Of a stretch of 64,000 bases of DNA, positions 7,721 to 16,655 are shown one piece after another. The position numbers and the translations under genes are program-made. Source of the stretch: an uncultured Erysipelotrichaceae bacterium (lineage in GTDB: Bacteria; Bacillota_I; Bacilli_A; RFN20; CAG-826); assembly GCA_902798595.1 (NCBI GenBank), contig CADBXE010000002.1:49531-113530 (forward strand). Reading direction: 5' to 3'. Numbering within the stretch: the first letter of the stretch is position 1; each line of letters begins with the position of its first letter. The notes beneath the pieces were generated by a model. The model was not told where the DNA came from. It did no database searches and saw only the letters and a list, made by a program, of their open reading frames with translations.

Positions 7721-10177
7721 TTAGCCCCAAATAATTTCAATTGATGAAATATAGATAGCGCCATAGTTACTTCTAATACCAATATAGGCATAGGAATCAG
7801 TGAATGTATATGCTGTATTGGTGTCAGTTTTAGCAATACTACCAACCTTTGTCACACTTGAACCATACATATCTGCGATTTCGAATGGTTCATTAGAAGC
7901 ATAGATATCAATGACTCTGGAATTGTTTGTACCGCCATCAAAGTTGATAGTGATTGATTGACATGTCATACCATCCATATGACCAATGATACCAGAGCAA
8001 TCATCTTTACTCTTTAATTGAATGCCTGTGCCGTTGGAGCAGAAAGCTTCATAAGTTGCACCGTCATCAGTGGTCACAGTGTGTTCTTTGTATGGAGTGG
8101 TGCCATCTAAACCAAGAAAATCAGGTGTTAATGTGTGAGTCACTGTAGAAGCGGCCACTTTGATTGTGGCTGTAGAGGTGAATTGACTGCTATATGTAAG
8201 AGTAAGAGTCGCTTCTGCACCTGGAATGGCAGTTTCAGCAACTGTCACTTTACCGTTTTGGTCAACACTGATACCGACATTATCTGGATTAACAGTGTAA
8301 TCAAGTGTAAAGAAGATATCGGTCACACCATATGGTAATAAATCAAAGTGAGTGTTGACTGATTCACCTGGTTTAACGCTGTATGTGTCTTGACTAAACT
8401 TAATACCTGAAACAACAGGGTCTTTAACTGTAAATTTACATGAGGCAGATACACCGTTAACCGCTTTAACAGTAATGGTGACTTCTGAATCTGCCGCAGC
8501 TTCACTATTAATAGTGACTAAACCAGTTTGATCAACTGTGGCGATATCTTCATTGCTTGAACTCCAAGTGAAGTTATTATTCGCGTCAGCTGGTTCGTAA
8601 CTAACTTCTAATTTATAGTTTTCGCCTTTAACGATTTCTAATTCGGTAGTGTTTAATGTAAGACTCTTTACTTGTGGAACGCTTGATTCGGAGAAGTAAA
8701 CCCATAAACAGTTACCATTTTCATAGCCCACAGCGACTTCAATAAGAGCAGCGCCATTATCTTTAACATAGTATGTTTCACCTTCGTATGTGGTGCTATC
8801 TTCTTTGTAACCATTAGCGAGTAACACTTTAATGTAATCGTTTGTTAAATCCTTATAATAATAATCTCCAAGGAATAACAAATCATAACCCATCATGTCG
8901 ACTGTTTGTTCAATCGTGTAGTCATCACCGAATTGCATGAATGGTAACACTTCAAAGAGAGTATCATTCATTAATTCTTTTTCGGCATCTGTCCAATCTG
9001 TGTTTTCGGTTAATGTATCTGTTAAGACATCTTCGAACCTATAGACACCGATAATAGTGTTGTAACTATCATCATCAAGAGCAAAGTTTAAATAGACTGT
9101 ATGATCAGTGTCATAAGCGGTCGCGGTGTAATAAACATACTCTTCATAGTATTCGTCATAATCAACGTTTCTAGTTAATGTGGCTTCAAAACCAGATTGA
9201 TTTAATAAATCTACATATTCTTCGATTTTATTGCCTTCTAAGAAGGTATAAGCACAATCTGGATAGTAATAACCATCATCAGTGTGTTCTTCCACAAATA
9301 AGAATGGGAATTTACCTTCACCAATATGTGGAATAGTAACGTTTGTGCCTAAGGCAGCGTTGATTTCGGCATTTGGGAATTGGTTAACAATGTCATATTG
9401 ACCATAGTTAACAAAATCAACATACCAGTTTGTGTCAATCTTACTAATATCTAAGGAACCCGCGCCCTCAATACGTGCGACTTCAAGGCAGAAATAATCT
9501 TCCACTGCGAAGAAGTTGAAGAAGAATTCTGAGCCATATTCATCGTTGCCGAATAAATAGCCATATTCTTCATAAGTGTTATATTCTTCATGGTTCATGC
9601 ATTCTAAACCATTGAAGTTTGAAAAGACGTTATATAAATCCGCTTCTAATTCAGAACCACCGTTTTCTGATGTACCACGGACAACGTATTCTTCAACGGA
9701 ATAGTGATAGAACACTTCATAATCTAAGTTATAAGAATTTAATGATGGCACTTTAGCGTTTAAACCATCAAGGAGTTTAGCAATTGTGCTATCTAATGTT
9801 TCGGTTTCAACGATAGTGCCACCGCTTGAAGAAGTGGAACTGCTTGAACTTGAACTTGAAGAAGTTGATGAACTACTTGAAGAGCTTGAACTGCTAGAAG
9901 TACTGCTGAACGAGTTACTTGAAGAGCTTGAACTGGAACTACTAGAAGAAGAACTGCTAGATGTTTGTGTTTGGCTGGAAGAGCTGGTACTAGAAATACT
10001 AGTAGTGGAACTTTCAACGCTATTACTTGTTGTAGATGAAACTACAGGTTGTTCACTAAATTGACTTGTTTTATCTTCTGAACTACTTGTACCGATATTA
10101 CAAGAGGCTAAGGAGACACTAAGCAATAATGTGAACATTTTAATTATGCTTTTTTTCATGTTGTAATTTTCCTCCAA
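7721..10177 (-). CDS. Large surface lipoprotein with poly-Ser/Thr linker and tandem bacterial Ig-like (Big_2) domains
   Basis: Signal plus lipobox LLSVSLASC; ~70-residue Ser tract; Big_2-like segments (ATVDQTGLVTINS...VTITVKAVNGVSASCKFTV). Confidence 0.6.
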   Translation of the reverse strand: MEENYNMKKSIIKMFTLLLSVSLASCNIGTSSSEDKTSQFSEQPVVSSTTSNSVESSTTSISSTSSSSQTQTSSSSSSSSSSSSSSSNSFSSTSSSSSSSSSSSTSSSSSSSSSTSSSGGTIVETETLDSTIAKLLDGLNAKVPSLNSYNLDYEVFYHYSVEEYVVRGTSENGGSELEADLYNVFSNFNGLECMNHEEYNTYEEYGYLFGNDEYGSEFFFNFFAVEDYFCLEVARIEGAGSLDISKIDTNWYVDFVNYGQYDIVNQFPNAEINAALGTNVTIPHIGEGKFPFLFVEEHTDDGYYYPDCAYTFLEGNKIEEYVDLLNQSGFEATLTRNVDYDEYYEEYVYYTATAYDTDHTVYLNFALDDDSYNTIIGVYRFEDVLTDTLTENTDWTDAEKELMNDTLFEVLPFMQFGDDYTIEQTVDMMGYDLLFLGDYYYKDLTNDYIKVLLANGYKEDSTTYEGETYYVKDNGAALIEVAVGYENGNCLWVYFSESSVPQVKSLTLNTTELEIVKGENYKLEVSYEPADANNNFTWSSSNEDIATVDQTGLVTINSEAAADSEVTITVKAVNGVSASCKFTVKDPVVSGIKFSQDTYSVKPGESVNTHFDLLPYGVTDIFFTLDYTVNPDNVGISVDQNGKVTVAETAIPGAEATLTLTYSSQFTSTATIKVAASTVTHTLTPDFLGLDGTTPYKEHTVTTDDGATYEAFCSNGTGIQLKSKDDCSGIIGHMDGMTCQSITINFDGGTNNSRVIDIYASNEPFEIADMYGSSVTKVGSIAKTDTNTAYTFTDSYAYIGIRSNYGAIYISSIEIIWG
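9826..9965 (-). repeat. Low-complexity tandem Ser-codon repeat (AGC/TCT/AGT and GAAGAGCTTGAACT-like units) inside the lipoprotein gene
   Basis: Visible reiterated units on the plus strand (cttgaacttgaacttgaagaag... gaagagcttgaact x2). Confidence 0.6.
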
Positions 10178-10332
10178 GTGGAAATTATATATCTTTTAAT
10201 AATACTTTATAAAGTATTAATATTAAGAAATCACTTTTATCTAGCCGTTATCTAAAAAATATTTTTAAATAGGTAGTATTTTTCTAGCGATTTCTCTTCT
10301 TTGAGGCGTCTTATTAATAGAGGCAAACAAGT

Positions 10333-10920
10333 ATGAAACGTTTATTACTTATTCCGCTTATTGCATTTATGATCTCTGGCTGTAAACAAACATTTGAATA
10401 TGGACGTAGCTATGAATCAGCGCCAATGTCTACTATCACTCAACAATCAGAATCTACAACTAGCCAAGTGCCAGAATTTACTATTCCACTTGAAGAATTT
10501 AAGTTTTCTCTAGGATTTGGTGTGTCCGCAGACTTTGCTTATGATAGCGAATCACAAAAACTAGTCAGAACTAGAATACGTTACGGAGTAAGAAACCCTG
10601 AAGACTATATAACAACTTATTCTTTCCCTTATGTTGAGGAATTGTACAACATGGTAAAAGAGATGAATCCATATTCATACCCTGAAGATTTTAAGCCACA
10701 TATATCTTCCAATCCGCCAATGTCTAACCCTTATCTAACTTATAAACTTGTTATTAATAATAAGGAAATAAACGTTGAAAAATACGCCATTGGGACGAGC
10801 AAGGAAAGCCTTACGGAACAAGGTAAAAAGTTCATTGAAGTGGTGGATTTCATTGCCGATACTGTGATGAGTTCCGATGAATGGAAAGCTTTGCCTGAAC
10901 CAGCATGGGATTTTATGTAA
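10333..10920 (+). CDS. Hypothetical lipoprotein (195 aa)
   Basis: Signal peptide with lipobox MISGC; no family recognised. Confidence 0.45.
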   Translation: MKRLLLIPLIAFMISGCKQTFEYGRSYESAPMSTITQQSESTTSQVPEFTIPLEEFKFSLGFGVSADFAYDSESQKLVRTRIRYGVRNPEDYITTYSFPYVEELYNMVKEMNPYSYPEDFKPHISSNPPMSNPYLTYKLVINNKEINVEKYAIGTSKESLTEQGKKFIEVVDFIADTVMSSDEWKALPEPAWDFM

Positions 10921-10931
10921 TTTAAAACATG

Positions 10932-10966
10932 AAAAAAACCGTCCCAATAGTTGAGACGGTTTTTGT
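10932..10966. terminator. Bidirectional terminator between the lipoprotein gene and rpsD
   Basis: AAAAAAACCGTC-CCAATAGTTGA-GACGGTTTTTGTTT. Confidence 0.65.
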
Positions 10967-10980
10967 TTGCTTCTTGAATA

Positions 10981-11586
10981 TTAGAGCTTGCGGTTGTAGT
11001 ATTCGACGATTTGTGATTCTGTGATATCTTGTGGTAATTCTTTACGTTCGACTTCGCGGACATATTTACCAGATAACTTTTCAGCATCCACTTCAACCCA
11101 GCCAACTTTTGTGCCTAAGGTTTCTAAGGATTCTTTAATCACTTTGAGGTCTTTGCTGTTTTCTCTGACGCTCACGACATCACCGACATTTAATAATGCG
11201 GATGGGATGTCTAACTTTTTGCCATTAACTTCGATGTGGCCGTGGTTGACTAATTGTCTGGCACCTCTTCTTGTTCTAGCAAAACCCATTCTGTAGACTA
11301 AGTTGTCTAAACGGGATTCGAGCAACTTCATGAAAGCAACACCGGTAACTTCTTTACTTGTTAAAGCAATCATGAATAAGCGACGGAATTGTCTTTCGTT
11401 AACACCGTACATTTGTCTTAATTTTTGTTTTTCAATTAATTGTTTGCCGTATTCGGAATTCTTTTTACGACGGGTGTTACCATGTTGGCCTGGGCCATAA
11501 GGACGTTTCGCTAATTCTTTGCTTGTTTCTAATGTGGAAAAGCCTAAGCGACGGGATCTTTTCCAATCTGAACCTGTGTATCTCAT
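10981..11586 (-). CDS. rpsD: 30S ribosomal protein S4
   Basis: MRYTGSDWKRSRRLG...GPGQHG... canonical S4. Confidence 0.9.
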   Translation of the reverse strand: MRYTGSDWKRSRRLGFSTLETSKELAKRPYGPGQHGNTRRKKNSEYGKQLIEKQKLRQMYGVNERQFRRLFMIALTSKEVTGVAFMKLLESRLDNLVYRMGFARTRRGARQLVNHGHIEVNGKKLDIPSALLNVGDVVSVRENSKDLKVIKESLETLGTKVGWVEVDAEKLSGKYVREVERKELPQDITESQIVEYYNRKL

Positions 11587-11775
11587 GTTCGTTTTCCTTT
11601 CTTTATTTCTTCTTGCAAAATAATGAATAGGTGTGAATTCCTCATCCCGGATGTTTGATTAATCGTTTCACCTTTGAGCTTCGGTTACTTCGTCACAGCC
11701 GTATCAAACGTCGGTCGGATTGTATTCACATGCTGCATTACATGCAGTAAATAATATATAGAAATAATCCCAATC
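11587..11775 (-). promoter_or_regulatory. rpsD promoter plus structured 5' leader (putative S4 autoregulatory RNA)
   Basis: Minus-strand TTGACT-17-TATATT promoter, then a ~170-nt GC-enriched leader with local hairpin CTGCATgtaATGCAG and a long-range GTGAAT/ATTCAC pairing enclosing ~100 nt. Confidence 0.35.
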
Positions 11776-11807
11776 AGTCAATTAAAAAATTAATAAATTT
11801 TATAATC

Positions 11808-12140
11808 CTAGCAAAATAGGAGGCTACTAGCTATTTGAGAGGAGCTAGTACTGCTAGTTGCAAGAGATGGATTTGTTATATAAACGACAAGTGCCACAAT
11901 TAAAAAGATCGTGATTGCAAGAAGGAACAATATAGAAATTGGGCCAGTAATCGCAAGAGGAATTACATTTCTTTTCGGCCACTTATTCTTAGCGCCCTTC
12001 ACTAAATTGATAATAGCGATGATCAAGCATGGAATAAAAATAAATAAGATTGCACAAATAATTAAAGCTACTGCAATCCATATAAAGATTCCAAATATGC
12101 CTATCAGGATGGTAACAAAGAACGCTCCGATAAATGCCAT
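11808..12140 (-). CDS. Hypothetical small two-TM membrane protein (110 aa)
   Basis: Two long hydrophobic segments separated by KGAKNKWPKRN; weak RBS; could be spurious. Confidence 0.3.
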   Translation of the reverse strand: MAFIGAFFVTILIGIFGIFIWIAVALIICAILFIFIPCLIIAIINLVKGAKNKWPKRNVIPLAITGPISILFLLAITIFLIVALVVYITNPSLATSSTSSSQIASSLLFC

Positions 12141-12494
12141 GCTAATACTCTACGTTTTTTACGTGTTAATCGCAACTATTTTATTAAGAATATCGCAATT
12201 TCTAGGTAGTGGTGTGATCAAAACAATATTAGTTCTTTATACTAGCTTTTTGATTAACTTAAATTCACAAAAATAGGTTAAAGAAAAACAGATAAAATAG
12301 GCAGAATAGATACTCGTTTTTCTTGATTGGCTTCTGATTGAATTGGTAAATCACCAACAAAATGAGTAATAGGGGATTACTTTTATGAAATAACGTTTCG
12401 TAAAAAGTCTTTTATATTATGGCTAAAAGTCGTTAAAATAATAGTGTGGCTATTGCCATTAGTTTTATATTCGCATCTAACAGGAGGTTTCCTC

Positions 12495-14231
12495 ATGATT
12501 TTATTACTCAGTACTGGCCAAAAAGTTGGCCTCATATTCGCTATCGTTGGTGGTGTGATCATCCTTGGCGTTTTAGCGTTCCTTCTTTATCACTTTGTGA
12601 TTTCTAGAAATAGAATCAAACACCAAGTCCGTGAACTCCAAAAGAAATATTCTTATTTAGATGCTTTATTAATCGGTCAAGATTCCCAATACATCCATCG
12701 TCTTGAAATTATTTCCCGTACCAATTTACTCTATGTTGATAAACACGAGAAATTCTCTCGTAGATTTAAAGAAATCTATGAAAACGATGATAAATTTGCC
12801 GAATCAATGCTTAAACAATTAAACGCTCTTATTAATAATAAGCAATTCAAAAATATTAAGACCGTTATCAGTGATTCTAAAAAAGCGATGAAGACTTTTG
12901 AAGATAAAGTAAACGCTCTAGATAACGACTTATACACATTAATCAAGCCTGAAGAGGATTCTCGTCAATCTATTCTCAAGCTCAAAGAAAACTATAGACG
13001 TGTTAAACAAACATTCTACGCTAATAGTTCTGATTTAGATCTTGTCAGTTCTTCTATTAACCAAGTTTTTGATAAACTTGATCAAATGTTTGTTGAATTT
13101 GAAACACACATCGAAAGCGCGGAATACGATGACGCTCAAGCTTTATTACCAACAATTGGTAAAGTGGTGTCCGCTTTGGAATCTGCTTTAAGCCAATTAC
13201 CAAATCTCTGTATCTTGGTAAATACAGTAATTCCAGAAAAAATCGTTGATATTAAAAGAGATTATGACGAATTAGAACAAAAAGGTTTACCTTTATATAA
13301 TCTTGCTTTCCAAACTAAGTTAGGTGAATGGAACAATGATTTAACTATCCTCCGTACACGTTTAACTAAGTTACAAATCGGTAATATTATGGAATCTCTA
13401 GATGGTCTTCAATCTGAAATCGAAGAAACTAGAGATTTGTTAAACAAAGAAAAATCTGACAAAGAATTTTTCGAAGAAAATAATCAAAGCATTTATCAAA
13501 ATGTCATTGATTTAGAGAAAGCTTTCTTAAAGATCTGCGCTCTTCTTCCAGAAATCTATCGCACTTATGTGGTGACCGATGAAAGAAAAGAAAAAGTGGA
13601 ACAATTAAAGCAAACAATGAATGCTCTAGGCACCACAAAGCAATCACTTGATAATTACGTCCATTCTTCTTTAAAGCAACCATTCTCTACCCTTAAGGGT
13701 AAGTTGGATGAATTAAGTACCCAATACACTGTTGCTAAAGAAGGCATTGAAGAATTCAAACAATACATTGAGTTCTTAAAGACTTCTAGTGAAGAAGCCT
13801 ACACTTTAGTGTTTGTTTACTATTATCGTCTAAAACAAGTCGAAGGCTTACTTAGAGAAATTGCTATTCCAGACTTCTCTGAACCATACAATGTGCGCAT
13901 TGAAGACTGCTATGAACTATTGAATCAAATCGATAAAGCTATTAAGATTCAACCAATCGCTGTTGATGAAATCAACGATATGGTCTCAACTCTTAAAAAC
14001 AACGCCAATGCGGTGTTTGAAGAAATTGAAAACAAATTCCGTGAAATGCAGCTTGCTGAATCCGCAGTGGTCTACGCTAATAGAGACAGAAATCATCAAG
14101 ATGATGTCCATCAACAGCTCACTGCTTTAGAAGGCGAATTCTATCAAGGTGAATTCGTGAAAGTTTATCATGAGGCGAATGCAATATTTAAACGCATGCA
14201 CGTCGAAGACACAGGTACAGCGAATGGCTAA
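12495..14231 (+). CDS. ezrA: Septation ring formation regulator EzrA (N-terminal TM plus long coiled coils)
   Basis: Start taken at the ATG 7 nt after GGAGG (12483-12487), not the upstream ORF-track start; single N-terminal TM then ~550 aa coiled-coil; Bacillus-like synteny ezrA-nifZ-thiI. Confidence 0.65.
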   Translation: MILLLSTGQKVGLIFAIVGGVIILGVLAFLLYHFVISRNRIKHQVRELQKKYSYLDALLIGQDSQYIHRLEIISRTNLLYVDKHEKFSRRFKEIYENDDKFAESMLKQLNALINNKQFKNIKTVISDSKKAMKTFEDKVNALDNDLYTLIKPEEDSRQSILKLKENYRRVKQTFYANSSDLDLVSSSINQVFDKLDQMFVEFETHIESAEYDDAQALLPTIGKVVSALESALSQLPNLCILVNTVIPEKIVDIKRDYDELEQKGLPLYNLAFQTKLGEWNNDLTILRTRLTKLQIGNIMESLDGLQSEIEETRDLLNKEKSDKEFFEENNQSIYQNVIDLEKAFLKICALLPEIYRTYVVTDERKEKVEQLKQTMNALGTTKQSLDNYVHSSLKQPFSTLKGKLDELSTQYTVAKEGIEEFKQYIEFLKTSSEEAYTLVFVYYYRLKQVEGLLREIAIPDFSEPYNVRIEDCYELLNQIDKAIKIQPIAVDEINDMVSTLKNNANAVFEEIENKFREMQLAESAVVYANRDRNHQDDVHQQLTALEGEFYQGEFVKVYHEANAIFKRMHVEDTGTANG

Positions 14232-15360
14232 TATCATCTATCTTGATAACGCTGCTACCGCCAAAGTTGATCCAGAAGTTTTAGATTCATACAACCAAAT
14301 CACACTCAAATACTTTGCCAATCCAAGCAGCATACATTCTCTTGGACAAGAAGCTTCACGCTTATTAGATAAAAGCCGTGAGCAAATTTTAAACGTTCTT
14401 AAACTAACTCATCACGAGGTGATTTATACCAGTGGTGCGACCGAGGCTAATAACCTAGCCATCAAGGGATATTGCTTTGCCAATCGTACACGCGGCAATC
14501 ACATCATCACCAGCGTGAGCGAACATCCTTCCGTTTTAAACACCGTTTTAGAACTCAAAGATTTTGGTTATGAAGTGACCATTCTTCCAGTCAATGAAAA
14601 AGGCGCAATAGAGGTTAATTCTTTAAAGGCTGCTATCAAGGAAAATACCATCTTAGTTTCCCTTATGATGGTCAACAATGAAACTGGAGCGATTAATCCA
14701 ATTAAAGAGATTGGCAAATACCTCAAAAAGTTCCCGAAAATTGCTTTCCATGTTGATATGGTTCAAGCGATGGGAAAACTTCCATTAGATTTAGAAAATA
14801 TCGATATGTTCTCTATTGCTGGTCACAAGATCCATGGTCTATTAGGTTCTGGCTTATTAGTTAAGGAAAAGAAAATTATTCTTAAAGCCATCAATAATGG
14901 TGGTGGGCAAGAAAACAACTTAAGAAGTGGCACAAATGCATTGGCCCTTTCTGCTTCATTAGCCAAAGCTGTTAGAATCGCTATTTCTAACCAGGCTAAA
15001 GATTATGAACATGTTAAAGCGTTAAGCAAAAAATTACTCGATTATCTTAAAGATAACCAAGATAAATATCTCATTAACTCACATTTTGAAGAGAATCCAT
15101 ATATCGTTAATTTCTCTCTTCGTAATCATAAAGCCAGTGTTGTCGTTGAGGCTTTATCAAATAGAGGTATTATGGTCTCATCCTTATCTGCCTGTCACGC
15201 TAAGCACGAGGACTACAGTGCAGTCGTCTATGCGATGACTAATGATCTCAACATCGCTCACAATACAATCCGTGTTTCCTTTGGAAGAGATAACACACTA
15301 GAAGAAGTTGACGAACTCGTCAAAAACCTTGAACAAATTATTAAGGAGATTAAACAATGA
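14224..15360 (+). CDS. iscS: Cysteine desulfurase (NifS/IscS class V aminotransferase)
   Basis: MANIIYLDNAATAKVD start, PLP-lysine region SIAGHKIHG, and SLSACHAK active-site Cys region; start moved to the in-frame ATG at 14224, overlapping the ezrA stop. Confidence 0.8.
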   Translation: MANIIYLDNAATAKVDPEVLDSYNQITLKYFANPSSIHSLGQEASRLLDKSREQILNVLKLTHHEVIYTSGATEANNLAIKGYCFANRTRGNHIITSVSEHPSVLNTVLELKDFGYEVTILPVNEKGAIEVNSLKAAIKENTILVSLMMVNNETGAINPIKEIGKYLKKFPKIAFHVDMVQAMGKLPLDLENIDMFSIAGHKIHGLLGSGLLVKEKKIILKAINNGGGQENNLRSGTNALALSASLAKAVRIAISNQAKDYEHVKALSKKLLDYLKDNQDKYLINSHFEENPYIVNFSLRNHKASVVVEALSNRGIMVSSLSACHAKHEDYSAVVYAMTNDLNIAHNTIRVSFGRDNTLEEVDELVKNLEQIIKEIKQ

Positions 15361-16547
15361 TCACCTATGACCACATCATGATTCGCTTTGGTGAATTATC
15401 CACTAAAGGCAAAAACAAAAAAGATTTCATCCGCACTCTTGCGGATAATATTAAAAACGCGCTCAAGGATTGGCCAGAACTATCTTTTGAGACTAGATAT
15501 GACCATATCTATGTAGGTTTAAATAATCTCCCATACGAACCAGTTATTGAAAGACTTCAAGATGTCTCTGGTATTCACGCTCTTTCTTTAGTGTATCGCG
15601 CTAGTAAAGACATCGAAGATATCAAAAATAGTGCTTTAGCACTAATGAGAGAAGAACAAGGTAAAACCTTCAAAGTCAAAGTCAAAAGAGGCGATAAGAC
15701 ATATCCAATAATTTCTGATGAAATAACCCGTATTGTCGCCAGTCATGTTTTGAGAAATACACCTGATTTAAAAGTCGATGTCCACAATCCGGAAATATTG
15801 CTTTCCATCGAAGTGAGACAAGAAGCGGCTTATATCTTTTCTAAAACATTTTTAGGCGCTGGTGGGTATCCATTAGGCGTTGGTGGTAAGAGTATGCATA
15901 TGCTCAGTGGTGGTATTGATTCCCCGGTTGCAGCCTACTTGATGATGAAAAGAGGTGTGAGCATTGAATGTATTCACTTTGCTTCCCCACCATATACTCA
16001 AATGGGTGTTATCTATAAGCTAGAAGACTTGCTCCATGTCTTAAATAGATATCAAACACGCATTAGATTGCATATTGTTCCATTTACTAAAATTCAAGAA
16101 GCTATCTATGATAACGCTCCAGAAAGCTATTGCATCACCCTTATGAGAAGAATGATGTTTAGATTAGCGGATGGTCTTGCAAAACGTCGAAAATGTCCAG
16201 TCATCAGCAGTGGTGAATCTATTGGTCAAGTTGCATCGCAAACTTTGCAATCAATGCATGTCATTAACGCGGTCACAAATACACCAGTAATCCGTCCACT
16301 TGCGACTACCGATAAATTAGAAATTATTAAGATTAGTAAGAAGATCGGTACATATGATATCTCAATTAGACCTTATGAAGATTGCTGTACGATCTTTACA
16401 CCAAAGGCTCCTAAGACCATGCCTCACCAGGACGAAGTTGAAGCCTTTGAGAAGAAATTTGATTACGAGACAATGATTAAAGAAGCCTTGAATAATATTG
16501 AGGTCAAAATCATCTCCTTAGATCAACAAGAGGATAATTTACTTTAA
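15357..16547 (+). CDS. thiI: tRNA 4-thiouridine synthase ThiI
   Basis: MIRFGELSTKGKN THUMP start, PP-loop SGGIDS; ATGA overlap with the desulfurase. Confidence 0.85.
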   Translation: MITYDHIMIRFGELSTKGKNKKDFIRTLADNIKNALKDWPELSFETRYDHIYVGLNNLPYEPVIERLQDVSGIHALSLVYRASKDIEDIKNSALALMREEQGKTFKVKVKRGDKTYPIISDEITRIVASHVLRNTPDLKVDVHNPEILLSIEVRQEAAYIFSKTFLGAGGYPLGVGGKSMHMLSGGIDSPVAAYLMMKRGVSIECIHFASPPYTQMGVIYKLEDLLHVLNRYQTRIRLHIVPFTKIQEAIYDNAPESYCITLMRRMMFRLADGLAKRRKCPVISSGESIGQVASQTLQSMHVINAVTNTPVIRPLATTDKLEIIKISKKIGTYDISIRPYEDCCTIFTPKAPKTMPHQDEVEAFEKKFDYETMIKEALNNIEVKIISLDQQEDNLL

Positions 16548-16552
16548 CTAAG

Positions 16553-16578
16553 ACGCCACTCGGTGGCGTTTTATTTTT
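16553..16578 (+). terminator. Rho-independent terminator after thiI
   Basis: ACGCCAC-TCG-GTGGCGT followed by TTTATTTTT. Confidence 0.7.
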
Positions 16579-16588
16579 CGTAAAAAGT

Positions 16589-16616
16589 TTGATTTCACCT
16601 CAATAATCTTTATAAT
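16589..16616 (+). promoter_or_regulatory. Sigma-70-type promoter of the TM-AAA cassette
   Basis: TTGATT -16 nt- TATAAT located 40 nt ahead of the ATG at 16656; GAGG RBS at 16644. Confidence 0.45.
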
Positions 16617-16655
16617 AGTTAAAGTACTATTATCACAAGTGATGAGGCTATAATT

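Noticed and set aside
9826-9965. Possibility of a CRISPR array or satellite
   Set aside because: The repeats are coding Ser-codon units within an ORF, with no spacer/repeat periodicity.
9786-10064. Leu/Glu-rich 92-aa ORF and its antisense twin over the Ser tract
   Set aside because: It is an artefact of the repetitive Ser-codon DNA and is not a coiled-coil gene.
14170-14223. Upstream extension of the cysteine desulfurase ORF
   Set aside because: The extension lies within the ezrA coding region; the homologous start MANIIYLDNAAT is at 14224.
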